64,000 nt of DNA from Podarcis bocagei (taxonomy: Eukaryota). The stretch is from the NCBI GenBank assembly GCA_964188305.1, contig OZ076899.1; one strand, given 5' to 3'. Within the stretch, counting starts at the first letter, position 1. Every line of letters starts with the position of its first letter. A model generated the notes under the pieces. It did no database searches and was not told the origin of the DNA. It worked only from the letters and a program-made list of their open reading frames with translations. A program made the translations under genes and the position numbers. Below are positions 12,801-60,828 of this stretch, in pieces.

Positions 12801-15800
12801 AACAGAAAGATTAGCTCTAGAGCAAAAGTGAGAGGTCTTCCTTTTGCAAATGAACCAGTCTTCTGGTGCATGGAGAAGAGAGCACTCCTGCGTTGTAGTC
12901 CACTGGGAGCTAGAGAAACTTTTTCAAAAAAGTTTTTAAAACTTTGATGTCAAGTTTTCTATTTAACCAACAAAGCTGTTACAAAAGTGCAAAATACTGT
13001 AATGCTGCCTAAAGGTAAACACAACATTTGAATATAGCCAGAGACCCTCTTTGCTTTCTTGCATTTCCTATTCATCTGTCTCCTGAGAAATCTCTATGTG
13101 GGACAAGAAGCTACAGTTTGAACTGGATATGGAACATCTGATTGGTTCAAAATTGGGAAAGGAGTACAGCAAGGCTGTATACTGTCTCCCTGTTTATTTA
13201 GTTTATATGCAGAATTCATCATGTGAAAGGCTGGGCTGGATGAATCCCAAGCCGGAATCAAGATTGCTGGAAGAAATATCAACAACCTCAGATATGCAGA
13301 TGACACAACCTTGATGGCAGAAAGTGAGGAGGAATTAAAGAACCTTTTAATGAGGGTGAAAGAGGAGAGCGCAAAATATGGTCTGAAGCTCAACATCAAA
13401 AAAACGAAGATCATGGCCACTGGGCCCATCACCTCCTAGCAAATAGAAGGGGAAGAAATGGAGGCAGTGAGAGAGTTTACTTTCTTGGGCTCCATGATCA
13501 CTGCAGATGGTGACAGCAGTCACAAAATTAAAAGACTTCTTGGGAGAAAGGCAATGGCAAACCTAGACAGCATCTTAAAAAGCAGAGACATCACCTTGCT
13601 GACAAAGGTCTGTATAGTTAAAACTGTGGTTTTCCCAGTAGTGATGTATGGAAGTGAGAGCTGGACCATACAGAAGGCTGATCGCTGAAGAATTGATGCT
13701 TTTGAATTATGGTGCTGGAGGAGACTCTTGAGAGTCCCGTGGACTGCAAGAAGATCAAACCTCTCCATTCTTAAGGAAATCAGCCCTGAGTGCTCACTGG
13801 AAGGACAGATCCTGAAGCTGAGGATCCAAAACTTTGGCCACCTCATGAGAAGAGAAGACTCCCTGGAAAAGCCCCTGATGTTGGGAAAGATTGAGGGCAC
13901 AAGGAGAAGGGGACGACAGAGGACAAGATGGTTGGACAGTGTTCTCGAAGCTACAAACGTGAGTTTGACCGAGCTGCGGGAGGCAGTAGAAAACAGGAGT
14001 GCCTGGAATGCTTTGGTGCATGGGGTCACAAAGAGTTGGACACGACTAAACAACAACAACAGAGACCCTCTCACAATAACATATGTAATAAAGCTATCCC
14101 AAGTAAACAGAAATTATCCAGGGGTAGTCCAAGTGGTGCGCTCCATATTTTGCTGGACTGCAACTCAGTATTTCTGATCACTGGCTCTGCCAGCTGGGGT
14201 TGATGGAAGCTGGGAACCTAACTATGTATCTGGAGTCCAACTAGTCCACACTGGCAACCCCTGACTGCTATATAAATTTATATAAAACAAATAGAAATTG
14301 CTTAACAGTTTCTCAGGAAACTTTTTTCTACAAGCATTATGTATGTGTAACAGAAATGGTAATGACGTAGCTCAGCTGGAATTTCCAAAATTGGGATAGT
14401 GTTGTTTTAAAAACACAGCCAAAAAGGCTTTCAGCAACCTGGTGCCCTCCAGATGTTTTGGTCCATAACTCCCATGAGCTCCAGCCAGCATAGCAGTTGT
14501 GATCCAAAAGAGCAAGTTGGCAAAGGCTAATTTACACAACATAGGTGTTGTTGAAGAGAGGGGAAAACATTCTAACAACTGCATCAATTTAATATGAGGA
14601 GAAGGTAGCCAACATTAAAAGGCACATAAATATCCATGCTGGAATTATCACATGACGGTGTTCCTGAGAGTCTGGGAGCAAAATATAAACAAGAATTCCC
14701 TGTTGCTTTTTACAAGGTCTTCCTTACCTCAGTTTTGGGGCAGGCAACCTTAAAACCACTTTCAAGGAACTTACCAAGTTATTTGTCAGTTCCAGAATTG
14801 GCCATTATAATTTCCAGGGGCAGAGGGTTGCAGAGATCAAAATTATTATTCACTCCCTGCCTTTCTACAAAAGTACACAAGGCAGGTTACAGAAAACTAA
14901 CAACAGTACAAAACAAAAGTAAACTCTAATAACAAGACCAAACCCCCTCCTAGAAAGCAAAACAAACTAGCAAGCAAAACCAGCAGCAACTTTAAAAGAT
15001 CACACATGATCCATTAAGACAAGCAGGCACTGAAGTTCTGAAGTACTCACTGATGTGCTGTCAAAATAAACCAAGAAGGCTTGCACTGACTCAGCAATTT
15101 CAGCTGTCACGAGGAACTGATTTGTCACAACGCAGAGATGGATGTCAGCCGAGTAGTATTTATTCTCTATTGTCCAGGGGTAAAACCGGGCTCCGCTGCC
15201 TGTGGAAACATCTTCGGGAAGCTCATTTGTCCCAATAATACCTGAAAGAGGAACATATGGAGGACCTTAAGAGGTGGTGATCATGACCTCACAGCCCCTG
15301 TCCTTTTTGGGAAACCATGGGAGTGGGGAGAGAAAAGAGGGACACCCAGAACATGCTTGCACAATCTTGCCCAAACAGATGTTACTGTAGGGAACGAATT
15401 GCTGTTATTGTTAGTCAGGTGCTCTCTTCATCACCCAGTGAATTTGTTGTTAAGGGGGGGGGGCATAAAAATGCTGCACACCAGTGGCAGGGAAACCTCC
15501 TAATCAGACCCAGGAGGCTATTTTCCCCAAACCACACCCACCTGCCCCATCCCTGATGAGGTCAGGTGTGAGGCACATAAAGGTGCAGCAAAATCACCTT
15601 GAAGTCCACTTCAAAGCAGTCAGTGATGAAACTGCTTGCAGACCAACTTCAAAGGAAAGCCCCTTTCCAGCTGCCTGCCCATCTGTCAAAGTTGCCCAGT
15701 GAGGAGGAGGGAAAGGTAGGTTCCAAACCCCTGCTGCAAATAAATAAAACCAAAGCCTCTGCAGCATTGTAGACGTCATTTTGTGGGTGCCTAAGAAGCT

Positions 15801-18800
15801 GCCTTATACCAAGTTGATCTAGGCCAGTATTTGCCACACTGACTGCAAGAAACTCTCCAGGATTTCAGGCAGGGGTCTCCCCAGATGCCTGGGACCTTGT
15901 TCATGCAGAGCAGATGCTATCGCTGAGCTATGGTCCTTTCCCACTATTCCATTAATAAACCATTAGTGAGTATTAAATGACTACTATTCTTTCCCCCTTT
16001 AGTTTACAGTGGTACCTCGGGTTACATACGCTTCAGGTTACAGACTCCGCTAACCCAGAAATAGTACCTCGGGTTAAGAACGTTGCTTCAGGATGAAAAA
16101 AGAAATCGTGCTCTGGCAGCGTGGCAGCAGCAGGAGGCCCCATTAGCTAAAATGGTGCTTCAGGTTAAGAACAGTTTCAGGTTAAGAACGGACCTCCGGA
16201 ACGAATTAAGTACTTAACCCGAGGTACCACTGTATTTACTACTTATCACTTCCTGCCTTTTCTCCAAGCTCAAAGCAGATTGCATCATCCCTCCCTTCTT
16301 ATTTTGCCACGGTAGCATTTTGCAAGGTAGCGGAGAAGGTAAGAGTGTGTGTTGACCACACTGTGAGCTTTATGACCAAAGGAAAGAGATGTCACACACA
16401 TCAAATAGTACTCTAGTCAAATGAGAGAAGAGAATGAGTCTGCACTCCTGTACACAACCTCAATGAAAACAGGATTGTTCATACGAGTAAGCCTAGGATT
16501 GCCATCTCATCTAGGTACAGTGGTACCTCGGGTTACAGACGCTTCGGGTTACACGTTTTCAGGTTGCGTACTGCGGGAAACCTGGAAGTATCGGAAAGGG
16601 TTACTTCCGGGTTTCGCCACTTGTGCGTGTGCAGAAATGCCAAATCACATCATGCGCTTGCGCAGACACAGCACCGCAGGTTACAAATGCTGCGGGTTGC
16701 AGACATGCCTCCGTCACAGATTACATCCGCAACCCGAGGTTCCACTGTATCTGCAACTTGAAGGTCCTACAGCTAAATCCATAAAATCCTTAAATTTCAG
16801 GAGGGCAATGAGAATACTAAAGCCAGTTATAAAACGTGTTAACATGCTCAGGGCTAGCCAACATGGTGCTGTCCAGATGTAAATGAACTCCAACTCCCAT
16901 TAGCCTTAGCCAGTAGTCGGGGACAATGACGGAAGCTGTAAATCAACAGCATCAGAAGGGAATCATGCTGACTATTGCTGGGAAAATATCAACCACTCCA
17001 GACCCTGCAGTAGACTGCGTGGAGGCTCTTCTCATCCGACTGGTGAGCTTAGTTCCTGGGTAGGGATGCAAGAACCTTCTCTGTTGTGGCTCCTTCAACT
17101 GTGGAACTCCCTTCTCATGGAGGCACAGATGCCAGAAACTGATGGCACCAAGTGAAAATATTTTTATTTTCCCAGGAAAATTAGTGATTGCCACTTCTTT
17201 TGTATTTTCTCATGTTGCTATTTTACTTTGGGGGTGGGGTGTTTAATGGCTGTTTTTATTTTACATGATTTTGGTACCTGTGGTAATACATAAGAAACTG
17301 CCCTGGAATTACTATTTACTTGATTTGATTTATGAATCACTTCTCATATAATAGCTCAAAACTATTTTGAAATAAAATGATCAGCAATAAAAACAAGAGC
17401 ACAATTTCATATAGCCCATGACACAATGAAACACAGTCTGAAATTTTGTAAACAAATGGTAACACTAAGACCTCTCAGGTAGGTCACAGCAAACCAAGCT
17501 CTCTTTCTGGTCACCACTACTACACTATAGGCAGAGATAAGGCCCAGAGAAGAGCTTCTGGAAATGAACAAGAGGTTTGTGGAGGCAAAGGTAGTCACTA
17601 AGGAATGCCAGTTTCCCTGCTCCAGTTGCTAACACAGAGACAACAAAAAGTGTGTGAAGAGAGAGATGATTGTGGCAGCAGGGCTTCCTGGCAGCCCACT
17701 CTGTGGGTTGGGTGGAGCTGTGGCCCACCTTCATCCCATAAGTGGCCTTCCCATAAAAGTAGCTCTTAGCCTAGCCAAAGGGAGAGGCAACCTGATTCAT
17801 CTGTGATCCATTTGTATCAAATAGCTCCAACTTTAACTTACTTCCCACACACTAGCGTGCAATAGCACCCACAAGCCCTCCAGAACCTTGGAATAGATGC
17901 ACTCAAGCCGTTGGGTTTCAGAAGTTTCCCTCAAAAGCAGTGTACATTTTCATGCAAATATCATAGAGCCCTCCTACTATAATGATACCTTTCTATATCT
18001 AGCTGGAGAGAACATAACCATTTTAGGATAAGCTTTCAAGTCCACACTTGCTTTTGGCCCCAAAAAAGGCTTTTCAGAAAACTGCTATAAAAGCAAAAGT
18101 ACGTGGGTTTGGAAACAACCGTGTCTCGATGGAATTGCTCGCTTTTCATTTTTGATCTTCACAACCATAGGGAAGGTCTGTGGTTTCACATCCAAAGAGC
18201 TTTGAAAAATCAACAGACGCACTCGGTGACCACAACACTTCAGCTCGCCTCAAGGCCAACCTCTGTGGTTTGTGTTTTCACAAAACGCAAGCCAGCTCTT
18301 TGACACCTTCCTACTGTGCTCTGACAAAGAAGATCTGCTGCAGCAGACACTCAACTCACTCACATTTGCAAAGTGAACTACATTGAACAGGGGTGGACTT
18401 GGGCTCCCATCTGAACCAGAGGGCCAGTTTGGCATGCAAGAGGTCAGTGTAGAAGAGGGGAAAGCAAGAAGACTGAACAATTGCTTAAATCACATATGCA
18501 GTGGTATGATTCACATGACACAGTAAGGCAAACCATGATATTGCTACAGGTAGGTAGCCGTGTTGGTCTGCCGTAGTCGAAACAAAATTAAAAAATTCAT
18601 TACAGTAGCACCTTAGAGACCAACTAAGTTTGTTATCGGTATGAGCTTTCGTGTGCATGCACACTTCTTCATATACACTGAAACAGAAGTTACTAGGCCC
18701 TTATATATAGTGAGAGGGTGGGGAGGGGTATTACTCAGAAGGGTGGTGGGAATGGCTGATAGGTGTGGTAAACCGACTGTTAACGACTGCAGTTGGTCTT

Positions 18801-21800
18801 ACAGGAAAAAGCAAGGGGTGAGATGGCTAAAAATAGCTTTATCATGTATAACGAGATAAGAATCCAATGTCTCTATTCAGACCAGGTCTCTCCATGGTTT
18901 TAAGTTTGGTAATAAGTTGCAATTCAGCAACTTCTCTTTCCAGTCTATTTCTGAAATTCTTTTGTAATAAGACAGCTACTTTGAGATCTTGTATAGAATG
19001 TCCTGGGAGATTGAAGTGTTCTCCTACTAGTTTCTCTGTCTTGTGATTCCTGGTGTCAGATTTATGTCCATTTATCCTTTGGTGTAGGGTTTGGCCTGTT
19101 TGTCCATGATATGGCTTTCTGTGATTGGGCAAATGTGCTTGCAGCCACTTTGCTCCTTTTTACTGCCATGCCGTGCCAGGAATTGTGGTTAATCTCTGTT
19201 CTCACTACGAGCTATAGCCAAGAACAAACAAAAGCAGAAGTCCTTTCTTGTTTCAAGTTAAGCTCCTGAAGGTTTTTTTCTCCCCACATTGGAGGGAGCA
19301 GTTTGTATTCAAACCAGTTCCCTAAGCGCTTTGAATGCTACTGCTTTTTCTGCAGAGGGGGAAATAATCCATTTTAAGAAGCATTTCCTCCTCTGCAGAG
19401 ACTTCAAAAGGACTTCATGCAACCAAGGTTCATCTTACTGTTACTTACAAGGAACTTCTCTGAAGATCTACTCCCAGCATCAGCCAGCTGATTGGTGCTT
19501 GAACATGCATCTTCAAAGGATGTTGCTGCAAGTGACAATCAGCTGACTGCTGATCACTGTGTCCTCCTTTGAACTTTGACAGGCACCAATCACCTGGTGT
19601 CTTTATTACTGGCAGGTGGGTGATCCCACCCATCTGTCAAAACAGGCCTATGGGGATGGTGGGGGGATAAGGATCTGGCCTGCCAACCCGTAACAATTCC
19701 CCACACTGATATAGCCCACCTTCTCTCACTCAGGATTGAAGGCAGTGTCCACATCAGCAGCTGTGGTCCCAGGTAGATTTCAGCTGTAGTACCACTGGAG
19801 TGTACAAATGACAGCAGACACAACTAAGCAAGACTCATATATACATCAACACAGGGGTGCCAGAGATTCAACCTCCTGTCATCTCAATTATTGTTGTGGA
19901 AATCTGATTTGGGAGTAATCACATTGTAATATACTTGTATGATGATTTCAGCAATGACTGCATTCATATTTGGTTATGTGTTCTCTTCTCCATGCATTTG
20001 TGTTATTTGTTTTGTTGTATTTCATATATGTAATGGTAAAGGTAAAGGTAAAGGTACCCCTGCCCGAACGGGCCAGTCTTGACAGACTCTGGGGTTTGTG
20101 CGCCCATCTCACATCTATTGGCCGGGGGCCAGCGCTGTCCGGAGACACTTCCGGGTCACGTGGCCAGCGTGACAAAGCTGCATCTGGCGAGCCAGCGCAG
20201 CACACGGAACGCCGTTTACCTTCCCGCTGGTAAGCGGTACCTATTTATCTACTTGCACCCGAAGGTGCTTTCGAACTGCTAGGTTGGCAGGCGCTGGGAC
20301 CGAGCAGCGGGAGCGCACCCCGCCGCGGGGATTCGAACCGCCGACCTTTCGATCGGCAAGCCCTAGGCGCTGAGGCTTTAGCCCACAGCGCCACCCGCGT
20401 CCCCTTATGTAATGGTACATCAGTTAATATAAAAAACATTATATTACCACAGATTCCAGTCCAGCCTACCCAGGAGATTAGACAGTGACTGTGCAAAAGC
20501 GGAATTTCCACTTCAAATCAATAGGTGGCTGTTTTTATGACTTCAATCCAGAACACAAACACATGCACAAAATTCTTTGTATGTTACTACTAGCTGTTCT
20601 AGCAAGCTACAAATTCCTTCTAGCCTGACTTTTGACAGTGTTCCCAACAGGTATTCAGCTTACTTCATAGTATAAGCAGTTGTGATTCCTTCAAATGCTT
20701 TTTAAAGTGATCTCATTTAATTCTCTCCGGTTTGGGAAAGTATGCAAACAGAGCTCCTGCTTTATGTGTCTGGAGAGCCACCTGCTGGAGTAAACTTCAG
20801 AAAACCTCTCACAGAATTGCAAGAAAATCTACAGGCTGTTCACATGATCAAATTTTGGTTTAATAAACCAGATTATGTAAAAGCTTTGTTGCATCCACCC
20901 ACAGTCCCTTTGCACAAGGAGAAAAATAGACTAACTATCTAGAGTTAACCATAGTTCCCATTATATGAGAAACAGCAGCTATGGTTAACGGATTGCAACA
21001 AATGTGGATTCAGACAATGCCTTTTGTTTCTGCGGGTTTTAAATTGCTGCCATTTGCCTATCTAACAATTACATTATTGGTATTATATGTTTTAACTGTT
21101 TTATTATAACCTGTTTTGGGCATATACTAGAAAAGTGGCATTGCAATGTTTTGCACAGATATTGTGTGCTGTACAGATGGCAGATACCAAAGAGGTACAT
21201 TTGGAGAACACCAGATCAAGAGAAATGTGAAATGCAGAATACGGGAGGTACTGGAGGAAGGAGAAGAGAGGAGAGGAAATGGGTCTCCAATGTACCAGCC
21301 CTTCCCACCTAGGCAAGGACTGACTGTGGCCACCAAGGAGGCAAGTAAAATGATCTCTGCATATACTCCAAAGCACTCTTTATTACTTCACAAGTCTGAA
21401 GATATGAACACAAAGGTTCAGCGTCTGATCTCTGAGAACCTTCCATAACCCACTTTACTCCTCACACTTCGGAAGAGCAATCAGAACAGGCCTAAAATCT
21501 GCTTTATCTCGCTCGCTCCCGTTTATTAGTAGCTATTTTCAAGCCTGACACCGAGAGCAAGTCTGTTGTTGACACTCTGCACATGCTCGTGGACACTCCA
21601 TTATTTCCCGGATTTTAGAGGAGGGAAACTCTGGGGTTGGCAAACAGGCTCCAAGTCTAACTCCACGTAACTGAGTAACTAGTTTGCATTTTAAGGGGGG
21701 GAGGAAGTTCTTAAATACTGCGACGCGCAGCTGCGGGGGAGGTGAAAATCCCACGAGAAACGGCGCCAAAATCAGAGGCGGCGCCGGGAGATGACGCCAC

Positions 21801-21917
21801 GGCGCAGCAGTTTAAAAGAAACAAGGCTGACGGGGGTCGAGCCGACTCACGTTTCACCAGCTCTTCCCCGGGGAACTCGGCGGCGCAGCTCGTGATTAAG
21901 GCGCAAGGGACAGCCAT
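3779..21917 (-). CDS. AAGAB: AAGAB (alpha- and gamma-adaptin-binding protein p34), complete spliced CDS: complement(join(21851..21917,15051..15241,11429..11525,10845..10934,9603..9686,7578..7660,7066..7150,5834..5938,4745..4794,3779..3856)); 930 nt, 309 aa
   Basis: Exons assembled by hand with GT-AG ends and continuous frame; peptides match known AAGAB ([96 protein letters not shown]). Confidence 0.97.
3915..4390 (-). mobile_element. L2-clade LINE 3' fragment in the last AAGAB intron
   Basis: ORF 3884..4381 (RTLRS...[13 protein letters not shown]...[10 protein letters not shown]) resembles an L2 ORF2 C-terminus; (ATT/ATC)n tail. Confidence 0.85.
4745..4794 (-). CDS. AAGAB: AAGAB exon 9 ([17 protein letters not shown]), 50 nt
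   Basis: Acceptor cctatag, donor AAG|GTGAGG; conserved peptide. Confidence 0.96.
5310..5523. mobile_element. pogo/Tigger-like MITE, decayed
   Basis: ta-cagtggaacctcg...gaggtatgactg ends; internal ccggaagta motif shared with the 16518 and 26078 copies. Confidence 0.7.
5834..5938 (-). CDS. AAGAB: AAGAB exon 8 ([35 protein letters not shown]), 105 nt
   Basis: Acceptor cttgtag, donor G|GTACTG; conserved peptide. Confidence 0.97.
6035..6178. other. Assembly gap (144 N)
   Basis: Run of n. Confidence 1.
6242..6584 (-). mobile_element. Sauria SINE (Squam1/POM type)
   Basis: (ACCTTT)n tail, tRNA-derived head with B-box GGTTCGAATCC, near-identical to four other copies. Confidence 0.93.
6727..6862. 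mobile_element. hAT MITE, 136-bp near-perfect palindrome
   Basis: TIR caggcataggcaaa / tttgcctatgcctg; perfect 8-bp TSD atttagac (6719-6726, 6863-6870). Confidence 0.9.
7066..7150 (-). CDS. AAGAB: AAGAB exon 7 ([28 protein letters not shown]), 85 nt, divergent linker
   Basis: Branch-like ctaat, pyrimidine tract and cag acceptor; donor G|GTGAGG; restores phase 1 into exon 8. Confidence 0.82.
7578..7660 (-). CDS. AAGAB: AAGAB exon 6 ([27 protein letters not shown]), 83 nt
   Basis: Acceptor ttttcag; NQGF..LTGT similarity; donor GAA|GTAAAC chosen because only it keeps frame with exon 7. Confidence 0.85.
8399..8752 (-). mobile_element. Sauria SINE, full length
   Basis: 13-bp TSD attcagcatgata (8386-8398, 8753-8765). 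Confidence 0.95.
9603..9686 (-). CDS. AAGAB: AAGAB exon 5 ([27 protein letters not shown]), 84 nt
   Basis: Acceptor ctttag, donor GTACGT; conserved peptide. Confidence 0.97.
10423..10615 (+). mobile_element. tRNA-derived SINE (Squam3-like)
   Basis: A-box gtagctcaatggcagagc, B-box ggttcaatccc; body shared with the 15790, 22690 and 23898 copies. Confidence 0.8.
10845..10934 (-). CDS. AAGAB: AAGAB exon 4 ([30 protein letters not shown]), 90 nt
   Basis: Acceptor ttttag, donor GTGAGT; lies within ORF 10768..10992. Confidence 0.97.
11429..11525 (-). CDS. AAGAB: AAGAB exon 3 ([32 protein letters not shown]), 97 nt
   Basis: Acceptor ttttatag, donor GTAAGG; conserved peptide. Confidence 0.96.
13051..14059 (+). 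mobile_element. Bov-B LINE, 5'-truncated, in AAGAB intron 2
   Basis: Highly similar to the reverse complement of 723-1859; several stops; (CAA)n tail; 12-bp TSD cagagaccctct (13039-13050, 14060-14071). Confidence 0.95.
15051..15241 (-). CDS. AAGAB: AAGAB exon 2 (IIGTNELP...[20 protein letters not shown]...FLVYFDSTS), 191 nt
   Basis: Acceptor ctctttcag, donor GTGAGT; conserved peptide. Confidence 0.96.
15790..15942 (-). mobile_element. Squam3-like SINE, decayed
   Basis: Reverse-complement similarity to the 10423 copy (ctgagctatggtcc head, ctctccaggatttcagg body). Confidence 0.6.
16007..16232. mobile_element. pogo/Tigger-like MITE, intact
   Basis: TIR cagtggtacctcgggtta / taacccgaggtaccactg; TA TSD. 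Confidence 0.92.
16518..16747. mobile_element. pogo/Tigger-like MITE, second subfamily
   Basis: TIR cagtggtacctcgggtt / aacccgaggttccactg; TA TSD; different internal sequence from the 16007 copy. Confidence 0.88.
18546..19103 (-). mobile_element. Penelope-like retroelement 3' fragment (GIY-YIG endonuclease C-terminus plus pseudo-LTR)
   Basis: ORF 18842..19132 ([17 protein letters not shown]...[11 protein letters not shown]...ELQLITKL...GLNRD); candidate TSD ccatgatattgct/ccatgatatggct (18533-18545, 19104-19116). Confidence 0.9.
18639..18676 (-). ncRNA. Minimal type I hammerhead ribozyme motif of the Penelope element, with core C3 changed to A
   Basis: Minus strand reads GUAU-AUGAAGA-A-GUGUG-CAUG-CACAC-GAAA-GC-UC-AUAC: stem I GUAU/AUAC, stem II GUGUG/CACAC, core (C>A)UGANGA...GAAA...UC. 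Confidence 0.75.
20039..20405 (-). mobile_element. Sauria SINE, young (CpGs intact)
   Basis: 12-bp TSD tatgtaatggta (20027-20038, 20406-20417). Confidence 0.95.
21851..21917 (-). CDS. AAGAB: AAGAB coding exon 1 ([22 protein letters not shown]), 67 nt
   Basis: ATG at 21917; donor C|GTGAGT; phase 1. Confidence 0.95.
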
Positions 21918-22276
21918 GACACCCGCTAGAGAGGTTCTGAAACGGCCCTGTGCTTCCTCTTCCGGTCTAGATCACGCCCCTTCCGGGCCATTTGGGTCGT
22001 ACTATTACCGCCCTGGTGAGGGGAGAGAAACGTAGAATGTTGGCGGACTGAGGTTTAAGTCTTTTGTGCAGAGGAAACGAGACGTGAAATGAGAGGGAAA
22101 CACTGGGTTCCGCCTCACCCCGGGGCTTACGTTTTCTCCTTGCTGCATCTCCACACAAAAACCCCTCAGGTTGACTGGAATGGTCCCGCCCGGGCCGCGC
22201 GTCCCGTTGCTAAGGCTACGGTCACGTGGTGCACCGCAGTCCCGCCGCTGTGGGGAGGGAGCCTCAGCCAGGACCC

Positions 22277-59711
<37,435 letters not shown>

Positions 59712-59959
59712 GTAAGACTGGTGGCACTTTTGGTGACTGGGAGAACCTGGACCATTCAAAAATCTGGTTGTCCCCAGTCAAATCTTACTTTGAAGGTGAA
59801 GTCTTCACTCACACCAAGGGATCATAAGGACTGAGTCCTGGAAACTGTTTTCAGTGCCAGGGACCAGCCCTAGGATTTATGAGTGGGATATTAATGTCTT
59901 TGCCAGTGAGCTTTATTTTATTTATTATTCCATTATCTTATCTTACCCTACCCTACCCT

Positions 59960-60220
59960 ATCCATTTATATCCCACCTTTCCTCTATGGAGCTCAGGGTA
60001 GCATAAATGGTTCTCCCCCTCCCTATTTTATTCTCACAACCTCCATGTGAGGTAGATTATCTATTTATTTGTTTGTTTGTTTGTTTGTTTGTTACCTGCT
60101 CTTCACTGTAAGATTACACTGAGAAACCCATGGTCACCCAATGAACTTCATGACTGAGTGGAGGTTTGAACCCCTGGTCTCCTAGATCCTAGTCTGACAC
60201 TTTAACCACTGCACCACATT
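59960..60220 (-). mobile_element. Old tRNA-derived (MIR/CORE-like) SINE
   Basis: tttattctcacaac..tgtgaggtag core and ttgaaccc..ttaaccactgcaccaca head; related copy at about 8855-9030 on the plus strand. Confidence 0.6.
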
Positions 60221-60828
60221 GCCTCCTTATGGCTGAATGAAGATTTTAACTCTGGTCTTGCTGGCCCATGTCCAACCGTTGCTACATTACAAATCTTGAA
60301 CCTCTCGCACGACTTCAATTAGACCAGTCTGGCTTGTGAATTAGAGCCTGGCACCTTTTTATTGCTGAACACATTTATTTGGAAGTCAGTTCTTTGGAAA
60401 TTCACGGGATGTTCTTTCAAGTATCTGTGCTTAGGATTGGGGTAGCCGTTGCCAATTGCTAGTGTTTGCATTAGCATCAGTCTGCACAACAGCTTTCAGT
60501 AAATTTCCTGAACTGTGCCCCAGCTCATACATATGAATAGGGTTGTGCTAACCAATTAAAACATAAGTGCCCGGGGGGGGGGGGCAGCTCCAAGTAACTA
60601 ACCAGATGTTTGAGGCAATTGCAAGTGCAATTCCTCAACCTGCATGTGGGGAAGCTGCTTCAACCAAAACTGCTTCCACCATGCAGCTGCCTCTATATGG
60701 TACCATTTTGATCAGTTTCCACAACATAGTTTGCTTTTGAGAACTGGGCCTCCAAAGAAAAGGTGCAGCCACTAAGAAGGCTTGCTTGCTCGCAGCCTCC
60801 ATGTATTGAACCTCCTTCCCATTTTCTA

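Noticed and set aside
723-14059. Inverted Bov-B pair as a long dsRNA
   Set aside because: The first copy lies beyond the probable AAGAB poly(A) site and about 11 kb away, so co-transcription is unsupported.
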